A stretch of 12,691 bases of DNA from Trueperaceae bacterium (lineage in GTDB: Bacteria; Deinococcota; Deinococci; Deinococcales; Trueperaceae), in contig JAXHNB010000007.1 in assembly GCA_034520945.1 (NCBI GenBank), positions 1-12,691 of the forward strand, written 5' to 3'. The position numbers were made by a program, and so were the translations under genes. Within the stretch, counting starts at the first letter, position 1; each line of letters begins with the position of its first letter. A model generated the notes under the pieces. The model had not been told where the DNA came from. It worked only from the letters and a program-made list of their open reading frames with translations, and did not search any database. Shown here in pieces: positions 7,903 through 12,691 of this stretch.

Positions 7903-8092
7903 TCGCGTCCTTGACGCGGCCCACGGCGCGCCGCCAGCCTCCGCTTCCCGTAGCCCCATGGCGGCTCGTTCGCATCATGCGCCCACGCCCGCACGGCGTA
8001 TGGCAAACGTACGGGCTCGAGACCGGACGTCCGCTCCCGTGGCTCACGCGAGGCCAGCGGCGCTCCCCCTAGGATGAGGACGAGGAGGCCCT

Positions 8093-8764
8093 ATGCGAAT
8101 GCACGCCCACCCGATCACCGCATGTGCGCTGTCGCTGCTCGCCCTCGGCCTGGTGGCGCCTCACGCCAACGCGCAAGCGATGCGTTTCGAGATCGACCGC
8201 GAACGCTCCTCCGTCTACGCCGTCACCGGCCGCGCCGGCGCCCTCGGCTTTCTGGGGCACGACCACGCCATCCTCGCCACCGAATGGTCGGGACGGCTCT
8301 GCTACGCGCAGGACGACCCGGCCGCCTCCAGCATCCAGGTCACGGTGCCCACGCGCGCGCTCGTGCTGGACACCGACGCCGCCATGGAGGCGTCCGGTCT
8401 GTCGTCGCGCCCAGGGACGGACACGCGCCAGGACCTGCAGTCGCAGATGCTGGGCCCGGCGTTCCTGGACGCCGTCGCCTACCCCGAGATCTCGTTCACC
8501 TCGCACGCGGTGACGCCGGGAGAGGACGGCGAACTAATGGTGGACGGCGCCTTCACACTCCACGGGGAGGCGCGCGATGCGCGCGTCCCCGTGCGCGTGT
8601 CTCGAAACGTCGACGGCACCTGGCGCTTCCGCGCGAGCCTGACGACCCACATGACCGAGCACGGCATCGAACCGGAAAGCACCCTCGGCGTGATCGACGT
8701 GGCCGACGCCTTCGACGTGTTCGTGGAGATCGTGGCGCGGGCGGAGGGCGAAGCGTGCGGGTGA
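8093..8764 (+). CDS. Secreted YceI family (lipid/polyisoprenoid-binding) protein
   Basis: GAGGAGG SD and a signal peptide ending ANA. Motifs: FEIDRERSSV, GHDH, SSIQVTVPTRAL, MLGPAFLDAVAYPEISFTS, VDGAFTLHG and TEHGIEP. Confidence 0.88.
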   Translation: MRMHAHPITACALSLLALGLVAPHANAQAMRFEIDRERSSVYAVTGRAGALGFLGHDHAILATEWSGRLCYAQDDPAASSIQVTVPTRALVLDTDAAMEASGLSSRPGTDTRQDLQSQMLGPAFLDAVAYPEISFTSHAVTPGEDGELMVDGAFTLHGEARDARVPVRVSRNVDGTWRFRASLTTHMTEHGIEPESTLGVIDVADAFDVFVEIVARAEGEACG

Positions 8765-8809
8765 GCGACGCGCTTCTCTGACGGCGGAGCGCGACCCGGC
8801 GCCCGACGA

Positions 8810-9324
8810 ACGCACGAGGTACAGCTGCTCATTCGTGAGGCGGAGGGCCGCGCCTTCCCGGAGTTCTACTTCTTCGAGCCCGCAAACCTCCACGTGCAGC
8901 CCGGCGACACGGTCCGCTTCGTCACCACCACGCCCCACCACACCGTCACCGCCTACCATCCCGCGCAAGGGAAGCCCCTGCGCGTCCCCGAGGGCGTCCC
9001 ACCGTTCTCCTCGCCCGTGATCCAGGTAGGCGAGTCGGGGTCGTACACCTTCGACACCCCCGGCGTGCACGACGTGTGGTGCGGCCCCCACGAGCTCTTC
9101 GGCATGGTGATGCGCATCGTGGTCGGCGAACCCACCAGCCCCGGCGTAGCGTCGATCACGGACCTAGGCCGATGGCCGTCGATGGCACCGCCGCCATGGT
9201 TCTCAACGATCCCGCGCTGGCGCCCGACGCCATCGTCAGCGCCGGCCGCGTGTCGTGGGACGAGGTGCCCGACGACGCCAAGGCGTTGCCTCCGTTCCTG
9301 CAGGACGTCGAACCGATGGAGTAG
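8810..9324 (+). pseudogene. Plastocyanin/azurin (halocyanin-like) blue copper protein, lacking a start/signal peptide and frameshifted at ~9167-9170
   Basis: Reads THEVQLLIREAEGRAFPEFYFFEPANLHVQPGDTVRF..PHHTVTAYHP..YTFDTPGVHDVWCGPHELFGMVMRIVVG, with type-1 Cu ligands H...C-x2-H-x4-M. The C-terminal VLNDPALAPDAIVSAGRVSWDEV lies in the -1 frame (TAG 9322-9324). There is no in-frame ATG, GTG or TTG between the yceI stop and internal GTG 8894. Confidence 0.85.
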
Positions 9325-9516
9325 GCGGGCATGGCCCGGCGCCCACGCCACGCGCCTGCTCGCCAAGGACGCACACCACGACCCCACCCGAAACGGTAGA
9401 GGCCAGCGTCCATGTCGTGGTTCAGCAAGCCCGCGATCTGCTTCCCCGCGACCCGAACCATGTCCAGGGACGGCCAGCGCCGTTCCAGAAAGCCCATCGC
9501 ACGCAAGGGAGCGACC

Positions 9517-10076
9517 ATGCATCCTCTCGACAATCCGTTCTGGAGCGCCCTGGACGGTCCGCAGCGGGACCTGTCGGTGGGGGATGGGCTCGCCCGGCGC
9601 TACCTGCCGGGCTTGGCGACGCAGGCCGGTGTCTTTTCGAACAGCGCGGCTGCGTTCGAAACACTGACGAACCTCGTGGACGAAGGAGATTCGGTCGACG
9701 TTTTCTGGACCGACGCTCGGCCGGTCGCCTCCGAGCTACACGCCCAGGGCCGTTCCTGTCGGGCGCGATCTCCCTCGGGCGATTCCTGGGCGTACGCGAG
9801 GATGGACGCCTGGTCGCGATGGCGGGCGAACGGGCGCACCTCGAGGGATTTCGCGAGATCACGGCCGTGTGCACCAGGCCGTCGCACCGGCGGCGGGGCT
9901 ACGGGCGTGCCCTCGTGCACGCGTTGGCGACGAGTCGTGTCGAGGAGGGAGAGACGCCGTTCCTGCACGTGCCGCGCAGCAACCACGCCGCGATCGAGCT
10001 CTACCGGAGCCTCGGGTTCGTGCCGCGAAGACGACTCATGGTGACGGTGCTTCGCAAGCCGACGCGGGATGCGTGA
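9517..10076 (+). pseudogene. GNAT (FR47-like) acetyltransferase with an internal out-of-frame deletion near 9725-9735
   Basis: ATG 9517 follows AAGGGAG and reads MHPLDNPFWSAL...ARRY. A second frame gives TRPGPF..LGRFLGVREDGRLVAMAGER..EITAVCTRPSHRRRGYGRAL..PFLHV..NHAAIELYRSLGF. The span is 560 nt, not a multiple of 3, and the usual central segment is missing. Confidence 0.85.
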
Positions 10077-10371
10077 CGTCGCTGGAGCGTCGATGGGCAC
10101 AAAGCAACCGACCTCGATGAACGCACGCAGGAAGCGACATGGGGCATGCGCGGCTGAGGCGGGGCGGCATCGTCATTCGTTCGCATTCTCGAGCACCAGC
10201 CCAGCGTGCTCACGGCGGCAGTGGAGCATTTCGGCGCTGTGACGTCCGGCGGGCACCTCGACCCCACCCGCAAGCCACGAACGTTCGTCGCAGTCGCGCA
10301 ACGAGCTTCCTGCCCCGACTGCGCCGCCTTCCACGGAATCGAACACGTCTTGCGCGCCCTTTTGAGAAAGG

Positions 10372-10409
10372 TTTGTGGCTACTTTGTGGCTGCTTTGTGG
10401 ATCTTTGCG
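10372..10409 (+). repeat. Short tandem repeat, TTTGTGG core, 11-bp period
   Basis: TTTGTGGCTAC TTTGTGGCTGC TTTGTGGATC TTTGCG; units start at 10372, 10383, 10394 and 10404. Confidence 0.85.
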
Positions 10410-10421
10410 TGTGACTTGAGG

Positions 10422-12059
10422 CTAAGCCCCCTTTCCCGCATACCAGCGTGCACGTCGCCGCTTCCCGCGGACGTGCGCACGACCGTCCCTACGCAGCTCG
10501 TCGAGCAGTCCGAACACCTGAAAACGCGTCATGTCCGGAAAGATCTCCATGAACTCGCGGATTGGCGCGCCATCACCCTTCGCCTGGCGGAGGTGCTGAT
10601 ATGCGAGTTCGAGCTGAGCCTGACGATCAAGCCCCGTAGCGCGCGTGTACGCCCCTGTGCGCCCCGCCGCCGCATAGAGCCTCCTTGACAACACGTGTCT
10701 TCCCCGCGACCGGCTCTCCAACACACCAATTTCGACGAGACGATCCACCCGTGACCATAGATGCCTGGGTACTTCGCCTTCACGCGCCACGTGGTCGATA
10801 ACCAGAAAGTCCCGGACGTCGAACACCTCGAGGTCCTCGCGGGAAATGGCATCCATGGCGCGTACCAATTCGGGATCCCGGATCATGCTTGAAAGCGTCA
10901 GCACGACCCGCATATCGTCAGTCCCCTCGAACGACGGCAACGGTTTCGCGTCACGCACGGCCTCACGAAACATGATGTCGGCTCCCTGACCTGAACGCTC
11001 AACGAACCCTGCACGCTCGAGCGACTCGGAGATCGATCGGTTCCGCGGAACCTGTCTATCCAACACGTTGTCAGGCGTCACCGTTGGTGGAAATCCCCCC
11101 GGGCTCTCAATCACGAGGCGCTGGGCGTCATGCCGTACGAACACCGACTCCGGACGCCGATAGTCCCGATGAGCCACAGCGTTCATGATCGCCTCGCGAA
11201 CGGACTCCTCGCCAAAGGCCGGCACGCTGGTACGCAGCATGCCAGCCGGAATCTCGGTCACGGGGTTGCGAGCTTCGACGAATTGCCACAACTCCTCGTG
11301 CGCAAGCACAAACGCTTTGCGTACATTCCTCCGAATGCGCGCCTGTATCTCACCTGGCCGATCGCGGTACTCGTAAACGACCTCATTGCTCGGCAGGAAG
11401 CGACGGAGGGCCGCCTCGGAGCCTAGAAGCACCAAGGCAGCGATGGTGACTTCATTGCCGTGCACGAGGCCAGCACGCTCCACGACCTCTTCCTGTGCGA
11501 GCCCGTGAATCTCCGCCGCGCGCGTAGGTCCGACCCGCCGCGCCAAATTCGTCGCCCACAGCTCACGGAACGCGTCGATCGCGGCGGGATCGAGATCTCT
11601 CCTCGCAGCGCCCGAGACGGGAAGTGCAGACGGGTCCGAAACCTGCTCCGCGAAGATCGCTTGAAGCTGGTCGTTGGTCATGGCAACGAGACTCTCGCCC
11701 GCCCGCATAAGGTACCGCCCCCTGCACGCGACAGGTTGTCCGACGTGCCGTGGGCCCACGCTAGCGACGAGAACACGCCCCCCGGACCGGCGAAACTCGC
11801 TGAACGTGATCCGAAGTCCAAGCTTACGCGTGAGCTCGTGAGTTTGGGTCTGGTGGTCCTGCAAGGCCTCCGTGCCAACGATCCTGCGCGGAACCGCGTC
11901 GCTCACACCAAGAACCAAATGCCCTCCGCCTTCGTTGGCGAGCGCCGCCAGGTACTCCTCCACCTTGCGAACATCGAATGAGCGGCGAGCTTCTTTGAAC
12001 TCGAGCCGCTCGCCTTCCGGGCTGTCGAGCCACCTGTCGATCATCTCGTCGGTGACCAT
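10422..12059 (-). CDS. AlbA_2 (Schlafen-like) + HATPase_c_4 ('RecG C-terminal') + C-terminal winged-HTH protein
   Basis: N-terminus: EGERLEFKEA and LAALANEGGGHLVLGVSD. Centre: VREAIMNAVAHRDY, LVIESPGGFP, PRNRSISESL and GFVERSGQGAD. C-terminal HTH-like LLDELRRDGR..GKRRRARW. GC is lower than the flanks (spot counts: 38/60 at 10981-11040 vs 44/60 at 6601-6660). Confidence 0.9.
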   Translation of the reverse strand: MVTDEMIDRWLDSPEGERLEFKEARRSFDVRKVEEYLAALANEGGGHLVLGVSDAVPRRIVGTEALQDHQTQTHELTRKLGLRITFSEFRRSGGRVLVASVGPRHVGQPVACRGRYLMRAGESLVAMTNDQLQAIFAEQVSDPSALPVSGAARRDLDPAAIDAFRELWATNLARRVGPTRAAEIHGLAQEEVVERAGLVHGNEVTIAALVLLGSEAALRRFLPSNEVVYEYRDRPGEIQARIRRNVRKAFVLAHEELWQFVEARNPVTEIPAGMLRTSVPAFGEESVREAIMNAVAHRDYRRPESVFVRHDAQRLVIESPGGFPPTVTPDNVLDRQVPRNRSISESLERAGFVERSGQGADIMFREAVRDAKPLPSFEGTDDMRVVLTLSSMIRDPELVRAMDAISREDLEVFDVRDFLVIDHVAREGEVPRHLWSRVDRLVEIGVLESRSRGRHVLSRRLYAAAGRTGAYTRATGLDRQAQLELAYQHLRQAKGDGAPIREFMEIFPDMTRFQVFGLLDELRRDGRAHVRGKRRRARWYAGKGA

Positions 12060-12075
12060 GATTCCCTCATCCTAG

Positions 12076-12334
12076 CCGGCCATAGGACCACTCCTACCGA
12101 CGGCCATGGAATCCGCCCCATGGACGGCCAGATGATTCTCCACTGATGGCCATGAGAAATCGCCGCCGGTGACCACGAGGATTCCCAATACGGTTCTGGG
12201 TGCGGCCTGTCCTGCGTGCCACTGGGCGCAGGAAGGTCGATGTCGTGAGGATTGGCGAGGAGATCATGCGGACCCTTCAACCGTTCGACCTCACCGGGTC
12301 GTACTGCGCGGCCGCCGAGCTGGCGGACTGCACG
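12076..12334 (+). mobile_element. Decayed IS21-family element: left-end repeat array plus 5' stub of istA
   Basis: Five GGCCA/GACCA-cored units at 12078, 12102, 12126, 12148 and 12171 (spacing 24, 24, 22, 23), typical of IS21 multiple terminal repeats. They are followed by an SD and an IstA-like N-terminus. The terminal TG is not seen. Confidence 0.75.
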
Positions 12335-12379
12335 AATCGGCAGCAGGGTGGAAGTGGCCAGCAGATACGCTGCAGATGA
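12245..12379 (+). pseudogene. istA: Truncated IS21 transposase N-terminus (44 codons; not in the ORF track)
   Basis: GTG 12245 follows AGGAAGG and reads MRIGEEIMRTLQPFDLTGSYCAAAELADC. This resembles the recalled IstA start MKSxEEIMEILEAyDLTGSxRxAAELAGC. Similarity stops after ~30 codons. Confidence 0.75.
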
Positions 12380-12383
12380 GTCG

Positions 12384-12428
12384 AAAAAAGCAACAAGGGC
12401 GGAGCCCCGACCGGAAGCCGAGGCCCTT
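12384..12428 (-). terminator. Probable intrinsic terminator of the tRNA-Ala transcript
   Basis: The minus strand reads AAGGGC-CTCGGC-TTCCG-GTCGGG-GCTCC-GCCCTT, a stem-loop followed by GTTGCTTTTTT, 26 nt after the CCA. Confidence 0.6.
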
Positions 12429-12454
12429 CTTTACGTCAAAGACGCTGAATCTTG

Positions 12455-12530
<76 letters not shown>

Positions 12531-12557
12531 ACGAAGCCTGCATGACAAGCAGCAAAG

Positions 12558-12586
12558 AGTGTATCGACACCGCGGCGGCCTGTCAA
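12558..12586 (-). promoter_or_regulatory. Sigma70-type promoter of tRNA-Ala
   Basis: TTGACA (12586-12581)-N17-TACACT (12563-12558). Confidence 0.85.
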
Positions 12587-12629
12587 CCTCGCGCTGTGCC
12601 CGTGGAGAAACCGGCGTGGCCCAACGAGG

Positions 12630-12658
12630 GCATCCCCGCTCGCGCCGAGCGGGGATGC
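12630..12658. terminator. GC-rich hairpin, probable terminator of a gene beyond the window
   Basis: Perfect inverted repeat GCATCCCCGCTCG-cgc-CGAGCGGGGATGC. Confidence 0.55.
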
Positions 12659-12691
12659 GGATCTTCCACGTCGCCGTGGGGCGGGGCCGGG

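Noticed and set aside
8762..8795. Selenocysteine recoding of the yceI TGA
   Set aside because: The TGA falls where YceI proteins normally end, not at a conserved Cys position, and the hairpin is not a convincing bacterial SECIS.
10077..10360. Possible gene or att site between the GNAT and AlbA_2 genes
   Set aside because: No convincing ORF, SD or copy of the tRNA 3' end was found by eye; left unassigned.
10372..10404. DnaA boxes / replication origin
   Set aside because: Each unit has at least 2 mismatches to TGTGGATAA, and there is no oriC gene context or extended AT-rich unwinding element.
12076..12190. Spaced repeats resembling a mini-CRISPR or iteron array
   Set aside because: The conserved core is only ~5-7 bp with a 22-24-bp period and no cas or rep gene nearby. 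The adjacent IstA-like stub explains them as IS21 end repeats.

Overview
High-GC bacterial DNA; a leaderless-promoter signature and the gene content are compatible with Deinococcota or Actinomycetota (inference only). The window looks like an accessory, partly decaying region downstream of a tRNA-Ala(GGC) gene. From left to right it contains: the tail of a membrane-protein gene; a formylglycine-generating enzyme (FGE) gene split by a +1 frameshift; an MFS transporter remnant; and an intact anaerobic sulfatase maturase (radical SAM/SPASM with a C-terminal SEC-C motif) convergent on FGE. Next come a secreted COG4315-like protein, a DUF1684 protein, a membrane-anchored hypothetical and a DUF1572/DinB protein. 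A tlpA-ccdA thiol-redox operon lies divergent from a secreted YceI gene, which is followed in frame by a broken halocyanin-like cupredoxin and an internally deleted GNAT. The right end holds a lower-GC AlbA_2/Schlafen + HATPase_c_4 + HTH gene, flanked by an 11-bp tandem repeat and by a decayed IS21 left end plus istA stub that the ORF track misses, then the tRNA with a near-consensus sigma70 promoter. All family assignments come from motif recognition by eye; no searches were run.
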